Shown here: positions 12,608 to 21,606 of the stretch, in pieces | Layout: the number at the start of each line of letters is the position of its first letter | Position numbering within the stretch: position 1 is the stretch's first letter | NCBI GenBank assembly: GCA_937625935.1 | Contig: OW569351.1 | Span: forward strand, 310,001 to 374,000 | Reading direction: 5' to 3' | DNA: 64,000 bases | Origin: Tetramitus jugosus | Taxonomy: Eukaryota > Protista > Heterolobosea | The notes under the pieces: model-generated | What the model was told of the DNA's origin: nothing | Seen by the model: only the letters and a program-made list of their open reading frames with translations | The model's database searches: none | Translations under genes and position numbers: made by a program

Positions 12608-13036
12608 TCACCGCACGTAGTAGGTATTGTAGCCTTCCTGAGGAAAATGGTCACTACTCATTTGTTGAGAAACAGCAAATAACCCCTCGTCAATGGTGTG
12701 AGCCACAAAGGACCCAACAACTTCTCTCCCAGGATCAACATACTTGGAAATGAACGGAATCTTCATTCTTAGACAACTTTTTGTCACATGAGCTATCTGA
12801 GAGCATATGGAGTAGTGGTATGAGGATACGTTGTTCGGTACTCCTACTTGTTGTTGCATTAGTGGTTGTTGATGAATCGGTTCAAAACCATTCGAGTGTT
12901 GATCTAAATTGGCTTTGTGAGCAGCATGAGAGAGTAATCCTAGAGCATACTTTCCCAGATCCAAACATCGTTTGAAATCACTTGAATGGTTACCTTGAGT
13001 AGGGTATATGATAGTTGGTTCTAGTTGTTGTTGCAT
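12608..13036 (-). CDS. Hypothetical protein, 142 aa; 3' end uncertain
   Basis: ATG preceded by the A/C-rich leader typical of this window's genes; no recognisable domain. Confidence 0.35.
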   Translation of the reverse strand: MQQQLEPTIIYPTQGNHSSDFKRCLDLGKYALGLLSHAAHKANLDQHSNGFEPIHQQPLMQQQVGVPNNVSSYHYSICSQIAHVTKSCLRMKIPFISKYVDPGREVVGSFVAHTIDEGLFAVSQQMSSDHFPQEGYNTYYVR

Positions 13037-13194
13037 TGTATTGTTTTGAGTTGTTTAGAGTGTTATCAATTCAATTGTTTTGGGTATTAAAAACGTTTTG
13101 TATTCATTCTCCCACCTATTTTTACAAGGGAGAATACTAACAAGATTCCGCTGTATCGTGAATACAACGGTGAATTTCCAAAAACAAAACTGAT

Positions 13195-13268
13195 TACGAT
13201 TGACCGGGATCGAACCGGCGACCTTGAGCGTGTTAAGCTCACGATCTAACCAACTGATCTACAACCGC
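13195..13268 (-). tRNA. tRNA-Val(AAC), copy 1
   Basis: GCGGTTG TA GATC AGTTGGTTA GATC G TGAGC TT AAC AC GCTCA AGGTC GCCGG TTCGATC CCGGT CAATCGT A folds as a cloverleaf; T-runs follow on the minus strand. Confidence 0.97.
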
Positions 13269-13311
13269 TGATATTTACTTCATTTTTTGTCAAAATTTCA
13301 AGCAATTTGGG

Positions 13312-14415
13312 AAAAAACGCAGAAAAACGGAATCACATCAACAAATTCGGTGAAGGAATACGGCAACAGCCGTTATGCAGTGTGGACCACTGCACGGAAA
13401 GGCTCTAAGCCAAGTGACAGAGAGGTCGTCATTACCGGCAGAAAGATTGGAGAGGAGTTTGGTGACTGGCTCAACCGAGTCCAAGTCATCAAAAGGAAAG
13501 ACCAGCAACGCTTTGTTGCATGGGTGACGGTCAAGGGTGACCGCATCTATGACTTTGTTGAGTTGTTCAACAAAGAGAGGAGGATTGGCAACAGCACAAG
13601 GATTGCACAAGAAAGGTGGTCGTCCATGGCATGAAGAACATGTCAGTGGACGACATCAAGAAGCTACTGGGACCTGAGAAGGTTGCCAGTGTGCTCAAGA
13701 AGCGTGACACTGCTTTCGTGGTCATGGGTGATGAAACCTTTGCACAAGCAGTGCTCAGCGGAGAGCAAAAGGTCAAGGCCACGGTCACTCGATACGTCGA
13801 GCGGCCACATGATCCCCTCAAGGCTGTCAACAAGAGGTTGACGAAGATGTACTGCTGACGGTGGTTGACGGACTGCGTCGACAGGTCACAGAACTCACCA
13901 AGGAATTGGCAAAGACAAAGGGTCAAGAGAGTAACAAACCGGTTCCGATACCGGAACTAGAAGTTGCACAAAGAACTGTTCCAGATCTAATGGAGGCAGA
14001 AGAACAAAGGAGTACAACACCACTGCCAACAGTGCCTGTTGTACAGCTCAGCGCTGAGAATCAGCAAATACTGGAGCAAGTGAACGCCACTTCTCCAGTG
14101 TTTGCCAGAGTGAAGAAGGAAATTGCTGCACTGGCACTTGCTGCTGCACGCAAAAGGTATGGTTTGACAGAGGACGAACCAGTCATTGTGGATGTGGATG
14201 ATGACTCCGAAAAGGAGATTCAGAGTCCACAACTCAATGAAAACAAGAAAAGGAGTGCTAGGATCACACTGGGTGATCTGAGGAGCAACAAGGCCCAAGA
14301 CAAGAAAAAAACAACAGATGGCTCTGTGTCCATCGGTGGTCCTACTACAAGGTTACGCTCTTTGATGAAGAGCATCAACCAAAACACTCACCAGAGTGAT
14401 TCTTCCAACCTGTAG
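13312..14415 (+). pseudogene. ORF1p-like reading frame (two RRM-like folds, coiled coil, basic tail) split by two frameshifts
   Basis: ORFs 13287-13634, 13616-13858 and 13861-14415 join through frame changes near 13610 and 13830; VVVHGM...KRDTAFVVMGDETFAQAVL resembles RNP2/RNP1; VDGLRRQVTELTKELAKTK is heptad-like; no in-frame ATG seen at the 5' end. Confidence 0.6.
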
Positions 14416-14539
14416 GTGCACCGTCGGGGACAACAAGAGAAGAAGAGTGAATGACGCCCTACGGGTCGTCACTCACAAAACAAGTCAATAAATGAGCAAT
14501 CGTGTGCTTGCGCACACTTGGTTGTATGGAAAAAAAAAA
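13312..14539 (+). mobile_element. Non-LTR retroelement A: ORF1-only, poly(A)-tailed, flanked by a 15-bp TSD
   Basis: TTCAAGCAATTTGGG at 13297-13311 and 14540-14554; AATAAA at 14487-14492; ends GTTGTATGG + A10 (14530-14539). Confidence 0.8.
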
Positions 14540-14566
14540 TTCAAGCAATTTGGGGTGATATGAGCA

Positions 14567-15280
14567 GTGCAGTGCGAGAAGTGCAGCCTCGGAGGGAGAT
14601 GCAAGAATGCTAAAGAGTGGTATCACGAAACACTTACAACTGTTCGATTCGGATGGAATAGTGAAATAATGAAACAAATAAGAGCGAAGTCTATCCTGTC
14701 AGATGCAAACTGGAAGCTAGAAGCTGGCCTGCAGAAAGAGAAGGAGTGGAATGAGTTTTTGAAGTGCCCCTTCGGTCTCGAAAGAGGCAAGCAGAGGTTT
14801 TACCACCAAGTCCGGAGTGGCACTCTGCATACAAAGACTGTGATACGAGACCTTTATGGACCACGGGTGGAAGCCATATGTGCCCATTGCGAGAGTGAAC
14901 CGGAGATGATACTACATCTATTGGTAGAGTGTGAAGAAGCCAAAAGAGCAAGGAGCGAACTGGTGGAGGGACTCAAGGTTTCATTGGACAAACGGGAGTT
15001 CATGAGACCGCTCAAGCTCAATCTATGGTTCGACAATACGGTGTACGAGGACGGTAAAATGTCACCTCGGATTCCCAGTCGTACGTCGGAAGAGCTGCTG
15101 GCAGGACTAATGGGTAAAGAAGAGGACCAGAAGGAGGTACTGATGAAAGAAATGGTAGTGTATGGCCGCAAGAAGAGGGAAACCAAAGTTAAAAGATTAG
15201 TAAATGCAATGAAAAGATCTTGCATCAAGCGAATGTATACAGTCTGGAAAGACTCGATAGCGAAGAGGCCTGGACAATAG
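14567..15280 (+). pseudogene. C-terminal fragment of LINE ORF2 with zf-RVT CCHC zinc finger
   Basis: GTLHT...CAHC-ESEPEMIL-H-LLVE-C (C-x2-C-x8-H-x4-C, 14879-14932); no RT or endonuclease domain upstream. Confidence 0.8.
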
Positions 15281-15284
15281 CTCA

Positions 15285-15310
15285 GTTCTGAGCGACGGTT
15301 CTGAGCGACG
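15285..15310 (+). repeat. 13-bp tandem duplication (GTTCTGAGCGACG x2) in the element B 3' UTR
   Basis: Read directly from the sequence. Confidence 0.9.
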
Positions 15311-15516
15311 ACATTGCTCACAGTAGTGTATTGAATAAAGTGGCAACAACTGTTGTATGGAAAAAAAATTCAAGCCCTTACATTGAATCCCACTCGTATC
15401 GGTTATCTCTTCCTTAACTGTCCAGTGTCGTGATGGGTTAGGAGATGAAAATCTGGTACCTTTTGAATGATCAACCAAAACGAACCACATTTCGTCTTTC
15501 TGTTCCAAAAAGGGTA

Positions 15517-15590
15517 TACGATTGACCGGGATCGAACCGGCGACCTTGAGCGTGTTAAGCTCACGATCTAACCAACTGATCTACAACCGC
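15517..15590 (-). tRNA. tRNA-Val(AAC), copy 2, identical to copy 1
   Basis: Same 74 nt as 13195-13268; T5 terminator on the minus strand at 15511-15507. Confidence 0.97.
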
Positions 15591-15675
15591 TTATATCTCC
15601 TTTTCATTTGACTATATTCTTCGCCTTAAATCTCACGGAAGATTTGGCAATTTGGACGGAGTCTGAACGTTTGTT

Positions 15676-15939
15676 TTATCGCCAAGTATTGACCGAAAAC
15701 CCTGCTGTATTGTATGACTTGACACTGTTTTCAAATCGTTCGCTCCACTTCTTCTTCATAAAGTTATTGAGTTCGAGACATTGTTTGTATTGCTCCGAAA
15801 ATGGTTGACAGTTGCTCACACTGCCTGTTCTTTCTGTACACATGTAAACATCAAGAGCATGTTGCGCACAAGGGTTGTTGTTCGTCCATGTGCTCACACT
15901 TTGTTGAGTCAATGGTAAAGGAACTGGATCTCGACGCAT
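15676..15939 (-). CDS. Small twin-CX9C (CHCH) protein, probably mitochondrial (CHCHD1/Mrp10-like possible)
   Basis: NPCAQHALDVYMC and CQPFSEQYKQC are two CX9C motifs in an 87-aa ATG-initiated ORF. Confidence 0.7.
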   Translation of the reverse strand: MRRDPVPLPLTQQSVSTWTNNNPCAQHALDVYMCTERTGSVSNCQPFSEQYKQCLELNNFMKKKWSERFENSVKSYNTAGFSVNTWR

Positions 15940-16173
15940 TGTTTCTTTGTTTTTTGTGGGATCTTTGTCGGAATTTAATTATTCTCCTCTTTGAATTTTC
16001 ATGGAAATATGGCATCTGTCATCGTGTTTGTTGAAGTCAACTGGCGGCAAGTACAAAACATGAAAAATTGGCGAAACTATAAATTCAAAAAACAAATTAT
16101 CATACACTCCGTGCGAGCAACCCAAAATCACAGCCAAAACCCACATTTCGTTGTAGTGACCACTAATTAAACA

Positions 16174-16695
16174 ATGGCAGACGCGTAAGTTATCAGAATA
16201 CGTGACAATTGTTGAGATTGTTTTTTTTCTATGTTTTCATTTGAGTCAGCTATGATAACATTTTATTTTCTAAATGTTAGAGTTGACCAATTGACCCAAG
16301 AACCAATCCAAAAGGAATTGACCCTTATGTCCTCATTGAAGGAAGTCTTGAAAAAGGCATCCATCCAAAATGAGTTGGCAAGAGGTTTGAGAGAATGTTG
16401 CAGAGCTTTGGACAAGAAGCAAGCTCAATTCTGTGTTTTGGCTGAGAACACCACTGAGTCCCAATACAAGCAATTGATTGAAGCTTTGTGCAAGACCAAC
16501 GGCATTGACTTGATCACCATTCCAGACAACATCCAACTCGGTGAATGGGTTGGTTTGGCTAAGTATGACAAGCAAATGAAGGTCAGAAAGGTGCAAAAGT
16601 GCTCTTGCGCTGTTGTCAAGTATTTGGACGGAAGCTTCCCAGAGTTGGAGTTTTTGATCAACCACTTCAACAAGGACAAGAAGCAAGAAGAATAA
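16174..16695 (+). CDS. RPS12: 40S ribosomal protein eS12; 2 exons (16174-16184, 16281-16695)
   Basis: LKEVLKKA..LARGLRECCRALDKKQAQFCVLA..LGEWVGL..RKVQKCSCAVVK; GTAAGT...TTAG intron keeps frame. Confidence 0.95.
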
Positions 16696-16784
16696 ATTCT
16701 TTAACACTTTCCCTCCAAAACGAAATTTCATTCTTCTCCAAATCATGTAAACAGTGATCGCATAATTTGGCTTCGTGATTTTAT

Positions 16785-18305
16785 TTAGAGAACAAACTTG
16801 CTCAAGTCAGTCTTTTTCATCAGAGCTCCAACAGTTTCTTGAACCATTTGTGGAGTCACGATGACAGATTGACCTGACATGGATGATGCATTGAATGAAA
16901 CTTCTTCCAAAATCTTTTCGACCACGGTGAGCAATCGACGAGCTCCGATATTCTCTACAGTTGTGTTCAACTCTGTTGCTACACGAGCTATTTCCCTGAT
17001 TGATTCTTGATTGAACTCGAGCTCCACACCCTCAGTACTCAATAGGGCAATGTTTTGCTTCAGAATGTTAGATTCTGGTTCTGTCAAAATTCTGTGCATG
17101 TCATCTTCGGTCAATCCTTGCAACTCAACACGGATAGGCAATCTTCCTTGAAGTTCAGCCAACATATCACTAGGCTTCGATGAATGGAAGGCACCACTCG
17201 CAATAAACAATATATGATCAGTGTTGACATTGCCATACTTTGTAGATACGGTTGTTCCTTCAATCAATGGTAGCAAATCTCTCTGAACACCCTCGGCACT
17301 GGCATCGTGACCTCTCGATTTATCGGTTGAGCAAATCTTGTCAATTTCATCAATCACAACAATTCCATCTTGTTCTACAGCTCGAATGGCCTCTCTCGTG
17401 ATGGCCTCCATGTTCATACTCTTCTCAGCTTCGTTGTCTTCGATCAATGGGCGTGCATCCTTGACTTTCATTGTTCGTTTCTTGCTAGGACGAGAAATCA
17501 TGCTAAACAAGTCCTGAATCTGTCCAATTCCCTCTCCTAGACTTCCACCGAGTGTCGAGAGGCGCTGTGGTGGCTTATCAGGCAACTCTACATCAATCAC
17601 TCTGTCATCTAGCTCTCCAGATCTCAACATTTCTCTATACTTTGATCGAACAACCTCTGATCCATCACCTACCAAACAGGCCAACAAGTAATCTTCTGTT
17701 AGCTTTTGAACACGTTCCTTGTTTCTCTGTCTCGTGTTGGTCTTTGTTTGTGTGATGGCGACATCGATGAGATCACGAATAATTTGATCCACGTCTCTTC
17801 CATGGAAACCAACCTCTGTAAACTTTGTCGCCTCCACCTTCAAGAAGGGTGCGTCGGATAATTTAGCAAGACGTCGGGCTATCTCAGTTTTACCGACGCC
17901 TGTTGCTCCGATCATCAAGATATTTTTGGGCAGAATTTCGTTTCGGAGGGCAGTGGGCAGCTTGTGTCGTCTCCAACGATTTCTCATTGCGATCGCAACT
18001 GCTCTCTTGGCATCATTTTGACCCACAATAAAGCGATTGAGTTGTTTGACCACTTCTGCAGGTGTCAAATTCTCATCCAATTGATTGATGTGGATACCTG
18101 ATGCTGCATCTTCGTCGCTAATGTTATTGGTTGATGTTTGTTGTGTTTGTTGTTGTGAAAAGCGAGAAAGAGTAGAGAAATGAGCTCTGGTGCTACTTTT
18201 GTGAGTCAATAGAGAAAGCTTCAAAGAATTGTGATGGCGATGGACACCATGATTGAGGAGGGAAGTTGCGAGATGCCTTGTGCGGATGAGTGCGTGGTAA
18301 TTCAT
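16785..18305 (-). CDS. hslU: HslU/ClpY AAA+ ATPase with mitochondrial-type presequence
   Basis: GQNDAKRAVAIAMRNRWRR, PKNILMIGATGVGKTEIARRLA, IDEIDKI, GVQRDLLPLIEG, ENIGARRL, C-terminal DLSKFVL. Confidence 0.95.
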   Translation of the reverse strand: MNYHALIRTRHLATSLLNHGVHRHHNSLKLSLLTHKSSTRAHFSTLSRFSQQQTQQTSTNNISDEDAASGIHINQLDENLTPAEVVKQLNRFIVGQNDAKRAVAIAMRNRWRRHKLPTALRNEILPKNILMIGATGVGKTEIARRLAKLSDAPFLKVEATKFTEVGFHGRDVDQIIRDLIDVAITQTKTNTRQRNKERVQKLTEDYLLACLVGDGSEVVRSKYREMLRSGELDDRVIDVELPDKPPQRLSTLGGSLGEGIGQIQDLFSMISRPSKKRTMKVKDARPLIEDNEAEKSMNMEAITREAIRAVEQDGIVVIDEIDKICSTDKSRGHDASAEGVQRDLLPLIEGTTVSTKYGNVNTDHILFIASGAFHSSKPSDMLAELQGRLPIRVELQGLTEDDMHRILTEPESNILKQNIALLSTEGVELEFNQESIREIARVATELNTTVENIGARRLLTVVEKILEEVSFNASSMSGQSVIVTPQMVQETVGALMKKTDLSKFVL

Positions 18306-18501
18306 CTTGTTTTTTGATTCGATTTTTCTCGTGGTTTTGTTTTTTGTTTTGATCTGGATAATTTTCCTCACCAATTTAAAACATCAATCGTTTTTTTAAT
18401 CCAATATTCTCAGTTGCCATTGTGTTGCCCACTTGAGGATTTCTTGCTTTCCCTGCCGTCGCACCAAAAATCGAGTAATTCCTCAGGTTTGCTTTATGAG
18501 T

Positions 18502-18620
18502 GTCTACGTTCATACAATGGTGGAACCACCTCTTCCCATTTCGAATAGAGAAGTTAAGCACCATCTGGCTGAGTTAGTATTGAGATAGGAGACTACTCGA
18601 GAACCCTCAGTAATGTAGGC
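18502..18620 (+). rRNA. 5S rRNA gene, single copy in this window
   Basis: 119 nt GTCTAC...CATAC...GAAGTTAAGC...GTTAGTA...GTAGGC with complementary ends, followed by a TTTT Pol III terminator. Confidence 0.9.
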
Positions 18621-19148
18621 TTTTGACAGTCTTTTCCAATCTATTTTTAGAGCATAGTTGAACTCAATGTGGAAAGTCAACCTTCAGTTTACAATGCAGA
18701 TGTTGTCGCAAAAATCATTTTCACAGAAGAAGAACTTCACGCATCAAAACTTCGTTTGAGGTACAGAAATAACAAGCTTGTCAAATCGCACCATCAAAAC
18801 CTTCAGTGTTTCGTGTAGTCCCAACAAAAACAATTTGTACATTGAATTACTATATATATTTTTGATCACAGCATCACGCAATGTATGTTTGACCATAAAT
18901 TTGGATTATAATTTTTTTGTGTCACAAGTAGTGTGTGAATGCGAATGCCAACATGCTTTTTAGTTTTTGAGTGAATTGTAAATTTATACTAGTAAATATC
19001 GTTTCGTGTACAAAGAGTAGAAAAGCTTTTGAAACAACAAAGAACACAAAAGCAAATACACAAAAAAACACAAAAAATAGAAAGTGCATTCAATTGAGTA
19101 GACAGACGACTCTCTCACACAAAAAACAACAACAAGCAAACAGCAAGC

Positions 19149-21377
19149 ATGAACACCAACAACACCACCACCAACAATAATCCTCAAGTCAAAAAGCTTG
19201 TCGCCAAAAAACCAGAAGCTCGATTGCTCTTTATGGACACGAGAGCAGAGTTGGCAAAATTCAGAAGTTCGTCAGCTCCTCCAGAGCAAATGGCTGACAT
19301 GGAACCAACCACTCCACTCACAAACGATAGAGATCAATTTCGTAGTGACCCTGCATACTTTCAATTTTATTATTCTCAACGTTTGTTGAATCCTAGATTG
19401 CCACCTCCTATTGCCAGAGATTGGAGCAATGATATGCCACTCGCTGATCATTCGAACAATGGATTTTCTCAACAGCAGTACCAATACGACAATAACAATA
19501 GCTATTTGGATGCAGGCAATGCTGGATGGGGCAGTCCTGATGCAAAGGGAAAGCGCTCTAGCGTCGTTGATCGTATTCAAGAGGATTTCCCTAGAACTCC
19601 CTCCCCAGTGTATCGCGAATCCAAGAGACACGGAAATCAATTGGCATTTGGTGATGAGGAACAATACAACTCGTACCAACAACAACAGAATGTTTCTCCA
19701 ATGTTCTTCCCAGGTAATCGATCCTCTGGTGATGACATGTTGTCACAGCAAATGGGCAACATGAGTTTGGACAAGCACAGGAAGCCACAACCAACCAACA
19801 ACAACCCTAATTATTATTCTGGTCAGCAACCACAGCAGCAGTTCAATCGTCAGTTCAATCAACAGCAACAACCTATTCAAAATGGACCTTATCCATACTA
19901 CCCTCCTCAAAATATGCCTTTTGTTCATGGAGTACCTCATCAACAAGGCGGATATCCTCCACAGTTTGCCAACAATACTCCAATGAGCCCTGTGATGGCT
20001 GAGCAATACGGTTCCAGAGCACCTGTCCCACAACAAGGCGCCCAATACCAACAGCAATTTTATGGTGCAGGTCAATCGATGGCTCCACAACAACCATCTC
20101 AATCTACTGCTCAACAGTCCTCTGGATCTTGGAATCAACAGCAAGCACAACAAGCGGCACCTGCTCAATCTTCTTCACCACAGGCTGAGAATCCACCACA
20201 ACGCAGAACCAATCAATCTTCTAATGCTGCTCAAGGACGCAGCACTGGTGGTTCTAGCAGAGGTTCAACTGGATCGAAGCCTACAGGCAAGCAAGCCGCA
20301 GTGGAGGCAGTGCCAGATAATCAAGCTCCTCGCTCCAAGTTGATGGAAGAGTTCAAGAGTGGAAGAGGACGCAAGTTTGAATTGAAGGACATTGTAGGAC
20401 ATGTTGTTGAGTTTAGCAAGGACCAACACGGATCTCGTTTCATTCAACAAAAGCTCGAGACTGCCACCCCTGAAGAAAAGGAGATGATCTTCAAGGAAGT
20501 CGCTCCTCATGCCCTCAAATTGATCACTGACGTGTTTGGTAATTATGTCATTCAAAAGATGTTTGAATATGGTTTGCCAAGTCACAAGAAGGCAATGGCC
20601 AAGTCACTGAAGGGTCACGTTTTGTCATTGACTCTTCAAACTTATGGCTGCAGAGTCATTCAAAAGGCTCTCGAAGTTATTGAAAATGCCGACAAGAGAG
20701 AATTGTCTTCAGAGTTGGACGGTCATGTCATGAAGTGCATTCAAGATCAAAACGGTAACCATGTCATTCAAAAGTGTATTGAGAAGATGCCAGCTTCACT
20801 CTGCCAATTTATTGTCGATGCTTTCCAAGGTAACATTGTGAGTCAAGCTGTTCATGCTTATGGCTGCAGAGTTATCCAAAGAATTTTGGAGCATTGCAAC
20901 GAACAGCAAACTCAACAAATTTTGGACGAAATTTTGGAGAATGTTCATAAGCTTGTTAAGGATCAGTACGGCAACTATGTTGTTCAACATGTTTTGGAAC
21001 GCGGTATTGAGAGACACAAGACTGCTATCATTAGAAGCTTGAAGGGCTGTATCTTGACACTCAGTTACAACAAGTACGCCAGTAATGTGATTGAAAAGTG
21101 CTTCCAATATGGTCAACGCAAGGAGAGAAACGACATGATTGACGAAATCATTGGAAAGGGAAGTGGAAAGGACATTAGTCAATCTCCGCTCTTTGAAATG
21201 ATGAAGGACAAGTTTGCAAACTATGTCATTCAAAAGGTGATTGAGATGGCAGATGACAGTCAAAGAAAGACATTGTTTGATGTTATGAAGCCACAAGCAA
21301 ACGCAATCCGCAAGTTGACCTTTGGAAAACATATCATTGCTGTTGTTGAAAAGTATTGCGGTCCTTTGGGTGCTTAA
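19149..21377 (+). CDS. PUM: Pumilio/PUF RNA-binding protein with 8 canonical repeats
   Basis: Recognition motifs SRFIQ, NYVIQ, CRVIQ, NHVIQ, CRVIQ, NYVVQ, SNVIE, NYVIQ; N-terminal RSSSAPP and LNPRLPPP motifs as in plant APUMs. Confidence 0.97.
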   Translation: MNTNNTTTNNNPQVKKLVAKKPEARLLFMDTRAELAKFRSSSAPPEQMADMEPTTPLTNDRDQFRSDPAYFQFYYSQRLLNPRLPPPIARDWSNDMPLADHSNNGFSQQQYQYDNNNSYLDAGNAGWGSPDAKGKRSSVVDRIQEDFPRTPSPVYRESKRHGNQLAFGDEEQYNSYQQQQNVSPMFFPGNRSSGDDMLSQQMGNMSLDKHRKPQPTNNNPNYYSGQQPQQQFNRQFNQQQQPIQNGPYPYYPPQNMPFVHGVPHQQGGYPPQFANNTPMSPVMAEQYGSRAPVPQQGAQYQQQFYGAGQSMAPQQPSQSTAQQSSGSWNQQQAQQAAPAQSSSPQAENPPQRRTNQSSNAAQGRSTGGSSRGSTGSKPTGKQAAVEAVPDNQAPRSKLMEEFKSGRGRKFELKDIVGHVVEFSKDQHGSRFIQQKLETATPEEKEMIFKEVAPHALKLITDVFGNYVIQKMFEYGLPSHKKAMAKSLKGHVLSLTLQTYGCRVIQKALEVIENADKRELSSELDGHVMKCIQDQNGNHVIQKCIEKMPASLCQFIVDAFQGNIVSQAVHAYGCRVIQRILEHCNEQQTQQILDEILENVHKLVKDQYGNYVVQHVLERGIERHKTAIIRSLKGCILTLSYNKYASNVIEKCFQYGQRKERNDMIDEIIGKGSGKDISQSPLFEMMKDKFANYVIQKVIEMADDSQRKTLFDVMKPQANAIRKLTFGKHIIAVVEKYCGPLGA

Positions 21378-21476
21378 AAGAGTTATCAGTTTTTTTATGA
21401 TGTTGTTTTATTACTTGAAGCAACAACGCTAAGAATTGCGATAATTGGTCCATGTCAGTAACATTTAAATAATTGA

Positions 21477-21596
21477 TGTACATATACGCGAGAAACTGTA
21501 CATACATTGCGAGACGACAAAGAAGAATAACTTATGTTCCAGGCACGTTGCCATTATTTGTAATATTGTGAAATACATAAATTAGAATTGTAGATA
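21477..21596 (+). promoter_or_regulatory. Three Pumilio response elements (TGTANATA) downstream of the PUF gene stop
   Basis: TGTACATA at 21477-21484 and 21497-21504; TGTAGATA at 21589-21596. Confidence 0.65.
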
Positions 21597-21606
21597 AGAA
21601 GTTTCT

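Larger units (their letters stand above)
14547..15368 (+). mobile_element. Non-LTR retroelement B: 5'-truncated L1/Tx1-like LINE (ORF2 C-terminus + 3' UTR + poly(A)), 7-bp TSD
   Basis: TTCAAGC at 14540-14546 and 15369-15375; AATAAA at 15334-15339; ends GTTGTATGG + A8 (15361-15368). Confidence 0.8.

Noticed and set aside
12553-12641. C/D box snoRNA (GTGATGA ... CTGA)
   Set aside because: No terminal stem or recognisable guide sequence, and it overlaps an ORF on the other strand.
13600-13860. Programmed frameshifting or RNA editing in element A ORF1
   Set aside because: No canonical slippery heptamer or clear stimulatory structure; decay or sequencing error is simpler.
13195-15590. The two identical tRNAs as attL/attR or LTRs of an integrated element
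   Set aside because: Both are complete genes with their own terminators and different flanks. The insert boundaries are defined by separate TSDs and poly(A) tails, and there is no integrase.
20796-21332. Long antisense ORFs (e.g. 20796-21332, 5689-6300, 32127-32744, 44789-45352, 62683-63180)
   Set aside because: They are shadows of well-supported genes on the opposite strand and have no domain signal.
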